Below, in pieces: positions 8,416 through 17,946 of a stretch of DNA of 27,816 nt (the first letter of the stretch is position 1; the number at the start of each line of letters is the position of its first letter). Source of the stretch: an uncultured Desulfobacterales bacterium (GTDB lineage Bacteria > Desulfobacterota > Dissulfuribacteria > Dissulfuribacterales > QOAL01); NCBI GenBank assembly GCA_964392885.1, contig CAYMRT010000178.1, positions 1 to 27,816 of the forward strand, in the 5' to 3' direction. Under the pieces are notes generated by a model. That model had not been told where the DNA came from, did no database searches, and worked only from the letters and a program-made list of their open reading frames with translations. A program made the translations under genes and the position numbers.

Positions 8416-11400
8416 ATGAATATTGCTGAATTTTCTATAAAAAAGAGTGTAATTACCTGGACATTAACCTTTGTCATGATAGTCCTTGGATATTTTGCCT
8501 ATCAAGGCCTTCCAAGGTTAGAAGATCCTGAATTTGCCATTAAGGAAGCTGTTATCTTAACCCCTTATCCTGGTGCATCTCCAAAGGAAGTCCAGGAAGA
8601 GGTAACAGAGGTAATTGAGAAGGCATGTCAGGAGATGGGTCAACTTAAAAGAGTTGAATCATATTCCATGAGAGGCATGTCTCTTGTCCATGTAATTATA
8701 AAAGATAAATACAGGAAAGATATTCTTCCGCAGGTCTGGGATGAGCTTCGGAGAAGAATGGCCGACTACGAACACGAGCTTCCTCCCGGAGCCGGACCTA
8801 TTACTGTTAATGATGATTTTGGCGATGTATATGGTGTTTATTTTGCCCTTGTTGGAGACGGCTATACCTTTGCAGAACTTAAAGAAGTAGCGGAGCTTCT
8901 TCAAAGAGAACTCCTGGTTGTTCAAGATGTAAAAAAAGTCGAGCTATTTGGTCTTAGAAAAGAGGCTATTTATGTGCAGATGTCAAGGACTAAAATGGCA
9001 GCCCTTGGCATTACTCAAAACGATATATTTAATGCACTTAAAGCAAAAAATCTTGCTGTTGACTCTGGGAGAATAAAATTTTCTACCCAGTATTTAGCCA
9101 TTAATCCCACAGGTGAATTTAAGTCAGAAAAAGACTTTGAAAATCTCTTCATTGCCTCAAAAGGCGGAAAGTTAATCTTTCTAAAAGATGTGGCTACAGT
9201 AACAAGAGGTTATGTTGATCCACCTCAAAAAATTTTAAGGGTTGATGGCAAGGAAGGAATTGGGATTGCCATTTCCACTGTGCTTGGCGGAAATGCAGTC
9301 ACAATGGGCAATGCAGTGCTTAAACGTTTGGATCAGCTAAAGGGGCAGATCCCAATTGGCATGGAATTAAAAGAAATATCCATGCAGTCAAAATCCGTTA
9401 CAGAAGCAGTAAATGGATTTGTAATAAACCTACTGGAATCTGTAGCCATTGTCATTGTAGTGCTTGCCATATTCATGGGCATAAGATCTGGAATGATTAT
9501 AGGCTTTATACTAATCCTTACAATTGCAGCAACATTTGTGGTAATGGGATATTATCACATTACACTTCAACGAATCTCTCTTGGAGCCCTTATCATCGCC
9601 CTTGGTATGCTAGTTGACAATGCCATTGTAGTGGTGGATGGCATGAAAAATAAAATGAAACAGGGAGTAGATGGGCTTCAGGCTGCAAAGGAAATTGTAA
9701 GCCAAAATGCAATGCCACTTCTTGCTGCCACTGCAGTTGCAATTATGGCCTTTGCCTCAATTGGAGGCATGTCAAATTCAACTGGTGAGTATTGCCAAAC
9801 ACTTTATTATGTGATTTTGATTTCTCTTTCCCTTTCCTGGCTTACTGCTGTTACAACCACTCCTCTAATTACTAAAAAATTTGTACTGAGCAAAAAGGAA
9901 TTAGCTGACAGCGCAGGAGGCCAAGAGGCATATGGAGGCAAATTCTATAAAATTTATAGAACCTTTCTTAGCTATGCCATTAAGTTTAGATGGGTGACAA
10001 TCGCTATTGTAGTTGGGCTTTTTGCTCTTTCTGTTTATGGCTTTGGATATGTAAAGCAACTGTTTTTCCCTGCATCAACCAGGCCTCAATTTATGGTTGA
10101 ATGCTTTTTTAGAGAAGGAATACACATTCTTGAAACAGAAAAGAAAATAGAAAAAATAGAACAATATCTAAAAAAACAGGAAGGTGTAACAATGGTTGCC
10201 TCTGCCATTGGCGGTGGGCATCCACGATTTTTGTTAACCTATTCAACACCTGTTGAAGGAGCGAATCAGTATTCAAGCATACTAGTTTCTGTAAAAGATT
10301 ACAGAATGATAGATGGAATGATTGGAAAGATTCAAAAGGATCTGGAAGACATGTTCCCAGATGCCTGCATAAATGTAAAAAAATTCAATCTTGGTCCTGC
10401 TACAGGAGGCAAAATCCAGCTTAGAATAAATGGCTATGATCCAGAGGTATTAAGAGAGTTGGCACAAAAGGCTGTTGAAATACTGAGAGCAGAAGGTGCA
10501 AAGGCAGTCAGAACAGAATGGGGCGAAAAAGTCAAAGTTCCCGTTCCTATTATTGCAGAAAATAGAGCAATGGCCCTTGGAATAACAAGACCAATGATAG
10601 CCAAGGCCATTGAGGCCAATTATTCCGGAGCAACAGTTGGTGTGTATAGAGAAGGGGTAAATCTTATTCCAATTATAGCCAGAGCCCCAGAATCAGAAAG
10701 AGATACCATTGAAGACCTTAAAGAGATCCAAATTTATAGTCCTGTTGCTAAACGATATATCCCAATTATGCAGGTACTAAATGGTATTGAAACAAGGTGG
10801 GAAAATGCCCGACTTTCACGCTGGCATAGACGACAAATGATAAAAGTACACGCAGACCCTAGAGACGAGCTACCAGCAGAACTTATGGCAAGAGTCAAAC
10901 CAATAATAGAACAAGCCCTTGGAGTGGATTTGGCTGCTTACAGAGGGAAACCACTTCAGGAAGGTGAAAAATGGACAGCCTCAACCATCCCTATAAAATA
11001 TGACGACATAATCCCACTTAAAGGCAAAACTGGTTACTTTATCGCATGGGGTGGCGAACTGGAAGACTCATCTGATTCCCAAAAACAGCTTGCTGCAAAT
11101 ATACCAATATATTTTGGCATGATGATACTTATAGTAATTTTTATGTTTAATGCCTTTAGACAGCCTCTTATTATCTGGCTCACAGTACCTCTTGCTTTAA
11201 TAGGAGTAACGGCGGGACTGCTTCTTCTAAAACAACCCTTTGGTTTTATGGCCCTTTTAGGTCTTATGAGCCTTTCAGGAATGCTTATAAAAAACGCAAT
11301 AGTGTTAATAGACCAAATAGACATAAATATCCGCTCAGGCATGAAAGGCATGGATGCTATCATTGAATCAGGTGTATCAAGGATGCAACCTGTTATGATG

Positions 11401-11556
11401 GCAGCACTTACTACCATGATGGGAATGATACCACTATTCCAAGATGCCTTTTTTGTATCTATGGCTGTTACAATAGTATTTGGCCTTGGTTTTGCCACCT
11501 TATTAACCTTAATATTTGTACCAGTGCTATATGCCACTTTTTTTAAGATCAAATGA
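8416..11556 (+). CDS. RND efflux permease (AcrB/HAE1-like)
   Basis: 1046 aa; LPRLEDPEF, TM4 ALGMLVDNAIVV, TM10 GMLIKNAIVLID and SRMQPVMMAALTT. Confidence 0.95.
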   Translation: MNIAEFSIKKSVITWTLTFVMIVLGYFAYQGLPRLEDPEFAIKEAVILTPYPGASPKEVQEEVTEVIEKACQEMGQLKRVESYSMRGMSLVHVIIKDKYRKDILPQVWDELRRRMADYEHELPPGAGPITVNDDFGDVYGVYFALVGDGYTFAELKEVAELLQRELLVVQDVKKVELFGLRKEAIYVQMSRTKMAALGITQNDIFNALKAKNLAVDSGRIKFSTQYLAINPTGEFKSEKDFENLFIASKGGKLIFLKDVATVTRGYVDPPQKILRVDGKEGIGIAISTVLGGNAVTMGNAVLKRLDQLKGQIPIGMELKEISMQSKSVTEAVNGFVINLLESVAIVIVVLAIFMGIRSGMIIGFILILTIAATFVVMGYYHITLQRISLGALIIALGMLVDNAIVVVDGMKNKMKQGVDGLQAAKEIVSQNAMPLLAATAVAIMAFASIGGMSNSTGEYCQTLYYVILISLSLSWLTAVTTTPLITKKFVLSKKELADSAGGQEAYGGKFYKIYRTFLSYAIKFRWVTIAIVVGLFALSVYGFGYVKQLFFPASTRPQFMVECFFREGIHILETEKKIEKIEQYLKKQEGVTMVASAIGGGHPRFLLTYSTPVEGANQYSSILVSVKDYRMIDGMIGKIQKDLEDMFPDACINVKKFNLGPATGGKIQLRINGYDPEVLRELAQKAVEILRAEGAKAVRTEWGEKVKVPVPIIAENRAMALGITRPMIAKAIEANYSGATVGVYREGVNLIPIIARAPESERDTIEDLKEIQIYSPVAKRYIPIMQVLNGIETRWENARLSRWHRRQMIKVHADPRDELPAELMARVKPIIEQALGVDLAAYRGKPLQEGEKWTASTIPIKYDDIIPLKGKTGYFIAWGGELEDSSDSQKQLAANIPIYFGMMILIVIFMFNAFRQPLIIWLTVPLALIGVTAGLLLLKQPFGFMALLGLMSLSGMLIKNAIVLIDQIDINIRSGMKGMDAIIESGVSRMQPVMMAALTTMMGMIPLFQDAFFVSMAVTIVFGLGFATLLTLIFVPVLYATFFKIK

Positions 11557-13943
11557 TAAAGCCTAGGAGTTTAAATATGACCGGCCTTTTTCGATTAGTA
11601 TTTATTTTTGTAATTTTTACAGGGCTTACAGTTTCAAAAGGCCTTTGTTTAAAGAGCTGCAATGTAGATATTGGCCCTAAAAAAGTAAGGATAGGGATTC
11701 TAACTGATGGACTGACACCAAAAGATAAATCGTTAGTGCAGCTTTACAAAAAAGAAATAGTAAATGTATTCGAACCTGAAATTCAAGTTGAATTTTGTAA
11801 GAACTGGATAATTTCTGCCAAAGGTACATTAAAAGGAGCAAAAAGAGGGTTAAAGAGGCTGTTAAATTCTAATTGGCCTCAAATGATCCTTACACTTGGC
11901 GTAATCTCGTCAACTGCCGCTATAAAATATAGGAATTTAAATAAACCTGTTATTGCCCCATTTATACCTGCCTTTCTTCTTAAAAAAAACGGCAAGATTC
12001 AAATAAAAAATTTTGCCTATATTGATGCGGTCTATTACTTAGAAAAGGACATAAAGACTTTTAAGAAAATTACACCCTTTAAAAAATTGGCAATAGTTCT
12101 TGATAAAAGGGAATACAATCTAATTAAAAACCTCAATATTGTATCAAAAGAACTTGAAAACAGGCTCAATATCAACATTCATCTTGTTTCTGCAGATTCA
12201 TCAGCCAATCAAGTAATTGATAGTATTCCAAAAGAGGTCGAAGCTGTTTTAATAGGTCCACTTTTTCATATTAATGAGCCAGAAGAAAAAAGACTTTACA
12301 GCCTTTTCATCAAAAAAAGATTACCTGCTTTTGCCCTTTGGAATACTCGGCAAGTTCAACTGGGACTCCTTGCATGCGTTGAAGACAAAGATAAAGATCT
12401 CTCCATTGCAAGAAGAAGTGCTGTTGCCCTGTTAGATATACTTCATGGACAACCGCCAGAAAAACTAAAGATAAAGTTTGTAAGAACTCAGCAGCTAACC
12501 ATTAATATGGATACAGCAAGAAGGCTTAATATTTATCCAAGTCTTTTGATACTTACTGGTGCAAACCTGTTAAACAACAAAGAAGAAGATATAAAAAGAA
12601 GACTAAACATAAAAAAAGCTGTAGAAGAAGCGATTGAAGCCAATCTTAGGCTTCAGGCAGCACGTGTCTCAGTAAGCGTTGAAAAATATAGAGTAAAAGA
12701 GGCCATGTCTGCTCTTCTTCCAAGAGTTGACATTGAAACAGGCTATAGGGCAGTGGATCAAGACAGAGCCAAGTCTGCCTCTGGCCTTAGTCCAGAAAGG
12801 GCATGGACAGGGTCTGCCAAAGGTTCTGTGCTTCTTTATTCAGAAAAAAAATGGGCACAATTTACAGCTCAAAAGCATCTTGAGCTTGCCCAGCAAATGA
12901 GGCAGCAAATAGTAAAACTTGACATCACTTATGACGCATCTGTAGCCTATTTAAATGTTTTAAGAGCAAGAACTATTGAGCGCATATATAAGGAAAATCT
13001 TGATCTTACAAAGGCAAATCTTGAACGGGCTCAAATAAAGGTTGCTACCGGAGCGGCAGGCCCTGATGAAGTTTATAGATGGGAATCTAAATTTGCATAC
13101 GACAGAAGATCAGTTCTTTATAAAGAATCTGAAACCATGGATGCCATGCAGGCACTTAATAGGATCCTTCACAGACCAATTGATGAGCCATTTATTCCAG
13201 AAGAAGCTAGCCTTAAAGACCCATTATTCATAATGGGAGATAAATTCTATTTCAAACTAATGGAGAATCCCATTTATTTTAGAAAATTTAAGGCTTTTGC
13301 AACTAAAGAAGCAATGAAATTCAGACCAGAGCTTCATGCAATATCTTATGCCATTAAGGCAAAGGAGAGATTACGGACTGCTGCAAAACGTGAAATTTGG
13401 CTTCCTGACTTCACCATCGACTGGAAAGTGGACCAATATCTTGCAGAAGATGGACACGGCAGAAGAGAAGGAACTTTATTTGATGACACCGACTGGAGCA
13501 TTGGTGTGTTTGCTAGAATTCCACTTTTTGAAGGAGGTAAAACTGTTGCAAAGGCCGGGCGGCTTCAAGAAGAGGTTTCAAAACTTGAGATAGAAAAAAA
13601 TGCACTCATAGAAGCAATTACCCAACATGTGCTTTCAGCAATCAACAAAACAAGGGCATCTTATCCATCAATAATTCTTACCAAAGATGCAGAAGAAGCT
13701 GCCAGAAAAAATCTTGAGTTAATAACTGATTCCTACATTCATGGGATAAAAAATATTATAGATCTTTTAGATGCCCAAAACCAATATTTAAATGCTAGAC
13801 TCGATTCTGCAAATGCTGTTTATAACTTTTTAATTGATTTTATGGGGGTTCAACGGGCAATGGGTGAATTCTTTATCTTTATGCCAGATGATATGCGTAT
13901 CCAATGGATGAATAGAATAAAAAATGAGTTAGGCTTAAATTAG
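11553..13943 (+). CDS. TolC-family outer-membrane factor with N-terminal ABC substrate-binding-like domain
   Basis: 796 aa. From about residue 351: LNIKKAVEEAIEAN, ALLPRV, YLNVLRA, WLPDF, IPLFEGG, IIDLLDAQ (OEP repeats). Residues ~40-330 end in LTINMDTARRLNI, typical of the ABC_sub_bind family. Confidence 0.85.
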   Translation: MIKPRSLNMTGLFRLVFIFVIFTGLTVSKGLCLKSCNVDIGPKKVRIGILTDGLTPKDKSLVQLYKKEIVNVFEPEIQVEFCKNWIISAKGTLKGAKRGLKRLLNSNWPQMILTLGVISSTAAIKYRNLNKPVIAPFIPAFLLKKNGKIQIKNFAYIDAVYYLEKDIKTFKKITPFKKLAIVLDKREYNLIKNLNIVSKELENRLNINIHLVSADSSANQVIDSIPKEVEAVLIGPLFHINEPEEKRLYSLFIKKRLPAFALWNTRQVQLGLLACVEDKDKDLSIARRSAVALLDILHGQPPEKLKIKFVRTQQLTINMDTARRLNIYPSLLILTGANLLNNKEEDIKRRLNIKKAVEEAIEANLRLQAARVSVSVEKYRVKEAMSALLPRVDIETGYRAVDQDRAKSASGLSPERAWTGSAKGSVLLYSEKKWAQFTAQKHLELAQQMRQQIVKLDITYDASVAYLNVLRARTIERIYKENLDLTKANLERAQIKVATGAAGPDEVYRWESKFAYDRRSVLYKESETMDAMQALNRILHRPIDEPFIPEEASLKDPLFIMGDKFYFKLMENPIYFRKFKAFATKEAMKFRPELHAISYAIKAKERLRTAAKREIWLPDFTIDWKVDQYLAEDGHGRREGTLFDDTDWSIGVFARIPLFEGGKTVAKAGRLQEEVSKLEIEKNALIEAITQHVLSAINKTRASYPSIILTKDAEEAARKNLELITDSYIHGIKNIIDLLDAQNQYLNARLDSANAVYNFLIDFMGVQRAMGEFFIFMPDDMRIQWMNRIKNELGLN

Positions 13944-13971
13944 AAATAAAACTGAAAGGAGATCTTTTATT

Positions 13972-14505
13972 ATGAAGCATGTTTTTTTTAAATCAACTTT
14001 AGCATTAATCTTTTTAACTACCATTTTTATGGGAAGCAGCATTGCCGCTGATGCCACACTGAAAATTCTTGCACCGTGGCAAGCAGGCGGCAAAGTTTAC
14101 AAGATTGCACCAAATAAGGTTAAAGTAGTAGGGTCCTTTGATGGAATCATGTATATCGACAGTGGCAAAGGAGATCTTGATGCAGCACTTTTTATGTGTC
14201 CTGGTGTTCAATATATAAATCTTGACACTAAAAAGGCCGAAGTTACAGCAGACTGTGTTATAACAAAGGGAGATAGTAAGATTGCATATGCTACCATTAC
14301 AGCCTCTGGATTGATGGGTGCCCTTAGTGGAAACTTTAAGATAATTGGCGGAGAAAAGAAGTGGAGAGGAATCTCTGGAGAAGGCAAGGTGGTTATTAGA
14401 ACTGCACTTGGCCAAACGGCTCTAAATAAAAAATCTGGTGAAGTAATAAATGCTGCCGCTGGTCTTGCTGTATGGCCAGCATTAAAAGTTAGCCTCCCAA
14501 GATAA
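13972..14505 (+). CDS. Hypothetical secreted protein (beta-rich)
   Basis: Signal peptide ending ...SSIAA; AAGGAG RBS; 28 nt after the TolC stop. Confidence 0.75.
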   Translation: MKHVFFKSTLALIFLTTIFMGSSIAADATLKILAPWQAGGKVYKIAPNKVKVVGSFDGIMYIDSGKGDLDAALFMCPGVQYINLDTKKAEVTADCVITKGDSKIAYATITASGLMGALSGNFKIIGGEKKWRGISGEGKVVIRTALGQTALNKKSGEVINAAAGLAVWPALKVSLPR

Positions 14506-14514
14506 TAAATAAAT

Positions 14515-14538
14515 TAAGGGCTCTTAAAAGGGCCCTTA
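14515..14538. terminator. Intergenic inverted repeat, possible terminator
   Basis: TAAGGGCTCTT-AA-AAGGGCCCTTA (one G-U pair) just after the 13972..14505 stop. No long U-tract. Confidence 0.45.
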
Positions 14539-14573
14539 TTCCTTAATACTTGCAAACACTTTTTGGAATCTTC

Positions 14574-15890
14574 ATGTTACAAGAAAATAATCACACTTTT
14601 TTTGAGCGATTTCTACACTCTCAAACCTCAGGGAGTATAGTTCTCATAATTGCAACTGTTATAGCTGTCTTTTGGGCAAACTCTCCTTGGTCAAAGCTGT
14701 ACTTTGATCTTTGTCATCTAAACATAGGAGTTGTTATTGCAGAAAAAACTTATAAAATGGGGCTTGCCCACTGGATAAAAGATGGGTTAATGACCCTTTT
14801 TTTCTTTGTGGTTGGCCTAGAAATAAAAAGAGAGGTGCTTCTTGGCGAATTATCGTCTTTTAAAAAGGCCTCTTTGCCGGTGCTTGCTGCAATTGGCGGC
14901 TGTGTAACTCCTGCTCTAATTTACTTCTTCTTTAATCCGTCAGGGCCAACAGCTTCAGGCTGGGGAATACCAATGGCAACAGATATAGCCTTTGCCATTG
15001 GCATACTCTCTCTCCTTGGAGACAAGGTACCTACAGGATTAAAAATTTTTCTTACAGCCTTAGCAATTGTAGATGATCTTATTGCAGTTCTTGTAATTGC
15101 GATATTTTACACAGAAGATATTAACTTAATAAGTTTATTAATAGCCTCTGGATTCTTATTTCTTTTTTATGTTGCAGTAAAACTAAACGCCAGACGCCCG
15201 CTATTCTTTCTGTTTCCTGCCTTGGGAGTATGGATAAGCTTTATGTTTTCTGGCATTCACGCCACTGTAGCCGGCGTTTTAATTGCCCTTTTAGTGCCTA
15301 TTCGACCAAGAATTGAGCCAAGCGAATTTTTTCAAGCACTTAAAAATTATTATATATCCCTCAAAGATATGGGCGAAATTACTAAAGAAACCTTGGCAAC
15401 AAACAAAAACCAATGGCTTTTAGTGGAAAAAATTTATCTTACTGTTGAAGACATGATTCCATCTGGAGTATATCTTGAAAAACACTTTCATCCAGTACAG
15501 GCCTTTGTTATTTTGCCACTTTTTGCACTCTTTTCAGCAGGTGTTACTATAACTGCCACCATGATCTCACACTTTCCAGGAGACATAAGCCTTGGAATAA
15601 TCGGAGGGCTGGTTATAGGGAAGCCAATTGGCATTATCTTTTTTAGCTGGCTAGCCATTTTTATAAAAATAGCAGATATGCCAGAAGGGGTTAGGTGGTC
15701 ATATATCTTTGGAGCAGGCCTTTTGGCTGGAATTGGCTTTACAATGTCGATTTTCATAAGCGAGCTTGGCTTTAAAGATCTTGCTCTTATAGATGAAGCG
15801 AAACTAAGTATTTTTATAGCCTCGTTTCTAGCTGGAATTTTAGGATTTTTATTTTTAAGATTTTCTTTAAACAAAAGATATGAGAATTAA
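14574..15890 (+). CDS. nhaA: Na+/H+ antiporter NhaA
   Basis: FFFVVGLEIKRE, GWGIPMATDIAF, LAIVDDL, SGIHAT, GKPIG and GIGFTMSIFI. The ATG at 14574 is preferred over the TTG at 14550. Confidence 0.96.
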   Translation: MLQENNHTFFERFLHSQTSGSIVLIIATVIAVFWANSPWSKLYFDLCHLNIGVVIAEKTYKMGLAHWIKDGLMTLFFFVVGLEIKREVLLGELSSFKKASLPVLAAIGGCVTPALIYFFFNPSGPTASGWGIPMATDIAFAIGILSLLGDKVPTGLKIFLTALAIVDDLIAVLVIAIFYTEDINLISLLIASGFLFLFYVAVKLNARRPLFFLFPALGVWISFMFSGIHATVAGVLIALLVPIRPRIEPSEFFQALKNYYISLKDMGEITKETLATNKNQWLLVEKIYLTVEDMIPSGVYLEKHFHPVQAFVILPLFALFSAGVTITATMISHFPGDISLGIIGGLVIGKPIGIIFFSWLAIFIKIADMPEGVRWSYIFGAGLLAGIGFTMSIFISELGFKDLALIDEAKLSIFIASFLAGILGFLFLRFSLNKRYEN

Positions 15891-16563
15891 AATCCCTATA
15901 AGATATAGCTTTCACAATTTACTTATATGGCTTTTGATTTATCTTGTTGCCTCCCCATTTCTTCAGGCTGGAAGCCATGCATCTTTACTACTCACAGCAT
16001 TTATCTCTTTGGTCTTCTTCTTTGCAGTATGGACAATTCAAAAATATCAAGGATACTTTAAGATATCATTAATATTACTTCTTTTAACATTAGGTCTATT
16101 GTGGTCATCAACCTTTAAAATAATATCATTTCCGCCACTTATGTATTCTATCATATCATTATGCTATTTACTGGTTCTAGTATTTACATTTGGAAAATTT
16201 GTATTTAGTGCAAAAGTAGTTGACTCAAGTCTTATTTGCGCAGCCCTTTGTCTTTATCTTTTAATTGGCATCATTTGGGGGATTTGTTATGAGGCGCTTG
16301 AAATTATTTATCCTGGCTCTTTTCAAGGGGCAGCGATTAATTCATCCCTTTCATCTGTTGAGATTAGACAAAAATTTACCTATTTTAGTTTTATTACATT
16401 AACGACCTTAGGTTATGGAGATATTACTCCCAAATCCCCTCAGGCCTTTGCCCTTTGCCAGACAGAGGCTATTATAGGCCAATTTTTTATGGCTGTGCTA
16501 GTTGCGCGCCTTGTAGGCATCCAAGTAAGTCAACAGTTCTCAAATAAAGACCATGAAAGATAA
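15880..16563 (+). CDS. Potassium channel family protein (Ion_trans_2 pore domain)
   Basis: YFSFITLTTLGYGDITP selectivity filter preceded by several TM helices. Confidence 0.88.
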   Translation: MRIKIPIRYSFHNLLIWLLIYLVASPFLQAGSHASLLLTAFISLVFFFAVWTIQKYQGYFKISLILLLLTLGLLWSSTFKIISFPPLMYSIISLCYLLVLVFTFGKFVFSAKVVDSSLICAALCLYLLIGIIWGICYEALEIIYPGSFQGAAINSSLSSVEIRQKFTYFSFITLTTLGYGDITPKSPQAFALCQTEAIIGQFFMAVLVARLVGIQVSQQFSNKDHER

Positions 16564-17194
16564 CATTACAAAAGACTTACTTCTCTGTCCTAACTGTGAT
16601 CTTGCAATAAAACCGCAACCTGTTAAACCTGGCAATGTACTTATATGTCCCAGATGCGCTACTCCAATACTAGCACCAGTAAACAACAGCATTGAAAAAA
16701 CACTAGCCTTAAGCCTTACAGGACTGATTTTATTTATACCAGCTATCTTTATGCCTCTTTTAACATTCGATGTAATTGGCCTTGAATCATCAGGAAGCAT
16801 CTTTGATAGTGCCATAGCACTTTTATCCTCTGGATTCTATTTCACAGGATTAGCAGTGCTTCTTACAAGCATCATTATTCCAATAACTAAGCTTTCCATA
16901 CTCTTTGTGGTATCCTTTCAGCTTTATGTAAATAGTGCTACAAAAATTACTGCCCTTTTATTTAGATTTTATAAACACATAGATGAATGGGGAATGCTAG
17001 AAGTCTATATGATAGGCATCTTAGTCACCATTATAAAAATGTTACATTTAGCAAAAATTCATTATGATATAGGCTTTTTTTGCTTTATTGCACTACTGAT
17101 TGCTACAATCAGTTCATCTTTATTTTTAGATTCAAACCACTTCTGGGAAAAAATCCATGAGCAAAGAACTAAAGGCAGAAAGCTACAAAGCTAA
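16553..17194 (+). CDS. pqiA: Paraquat-inducible protein A (PqiA-like), first copy/half
   Basis: CPNC...CPRC, LILFIPA...P, WGMLEVYMIGILVTIIKM. Confidence 0.88.
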   Translation: MKDNITKDLLLCPNCDLAIKPQPVKPGNVLICPRCATPILAPVNNSIEKTLALSLTGLILFIPAIFMPLLTFDVIGLESSGSIFDSAIALLSSGFYFTGLAVLLTSIIIPITKLSILFVVSFQLYVNSATKITALLFRFYKHIDEWGMLEVYMIGILVTIIKMLHLAKIHYDIGFFCFIALLIATISSSLFLDSNHFWEKIHEQRTKGRKLQS

Positions 17195-17807
17195 AAGCAA
17201 TTACCCTAAAACAGGAAAAGAGTTGGGCCTTGCACTTTGTCATGACTGCCATCTGGTAATTGATATGTCTAATCAGAAAAAACAGCATGCCATATGCCCT
17301 AGATGTTTTGCATCTGTGCATTTCAGAAAGCCAAACAGCATCACACATACTTGGGCGCTTCTTATAACTTCATTTCTTCTGCTTTTCCCAGCAAATCTGC
17401 TTCCTATAATGAAAGTAGAATTTATGGGCTCAACAGATGCATCAACTATAATGGATGGGATTATTTATTTTTTTAAAGAAGGCTCCTATGGCATTGGATT
17501 TGTTATTCTTGTAGCAAGCATCCTTGTACCACTTTTTAAGATAATAGGAATTTGCCTGATACTTTTATCTCTTCACTTTAAATGGCAAACCTGGCTAAAG
17601 CACAAAACACTTATGTTTAGATTTATAAAATTTATTGGACGCTGGTCAATGTTAGACATATTTGTAATTGCTCTTCTTACTGCCTTGGTAAATTTTGGTT
17701 TTTTTACAACTATTCAAGCAGCACCTGCAGCACCATTTTTCTGTATGGTGGTCATTACTACAATGCTAGCAGCAGAAAGATTTGATACGAGATTAATCTG
17801 GGATTAG
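17157..17807 (+). CDS. pqiA: Paraquat-inducible protein A (PqiA-like), second copy/half
   Basis: CHDC...CPRC, RKPNSI..TWALL, PANLLPIM, IGRWSMLDIFV and FDTRLIWD. Confidence 0.9.
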   Translation: MSKELKAESYKAKSNYPKTGKELGLALCHDCHLVIDMSNQKKQHAICPRCFASVHFRKPNSITHTWALLITSFLLLFPANLLPIMKVEFMGSTDASTIMDGIIYFFKEGSYGIGFVILVASILVPLFKIIGICLILLSLHFKWQTWLKHKTLMFRFIKFIGRWSMLDIFVIALLTALVNFGFFTTIQAAPAAPFFCMVVITTMLAAERFDTRLIWD

Positions 17808-17911
17808 CTAGATACAGCTCATATAACCAATGAGGCAATGATTATGCAATTAAAACAGCTAACCCCTAGTCATTTCTGGCATATATAGCGTAAAAAACCA
17901 AATTTTGGCAT

Positions 17912-17940
17912 TTGACAAAAATAGGCCTCTGTTCTATCTT
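17912..17940 (+). promoter_or_regulatory. Sigma70-type promoter with no downstream co-oriented gene
   Basis: TTGACA (17912-17917), exactly 17 nt, TATCTT (17935-17940). Palindrome CCAAA-T-TTTGG (17898-17908) just upstream. Confidence 0.7.
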
Positions 17941-17946
17941 GTTAGC

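Noticed and set aside
11034-11552. 172-aa antisense ORF (and the other short ORFs nested in or opposite called genes)
   Set aside because: Shadow frames of well-supported genes, with no RBS or family motifs.
17238-17252. CxxCH motif (CHDCH) in the second PqiA
   Set aside because: It is the first half of the CxxC...CPRC zinc-ribbon-like motif normal for the cytoplasmic N-terminus of PqiA, not a c-heme site.
17844-17888. 14-codon ORF MQLKQLTPSHFWHI with GAGG upstream, considered as a pqiB relic
   Set aside because: Too short to establish homology by eye.
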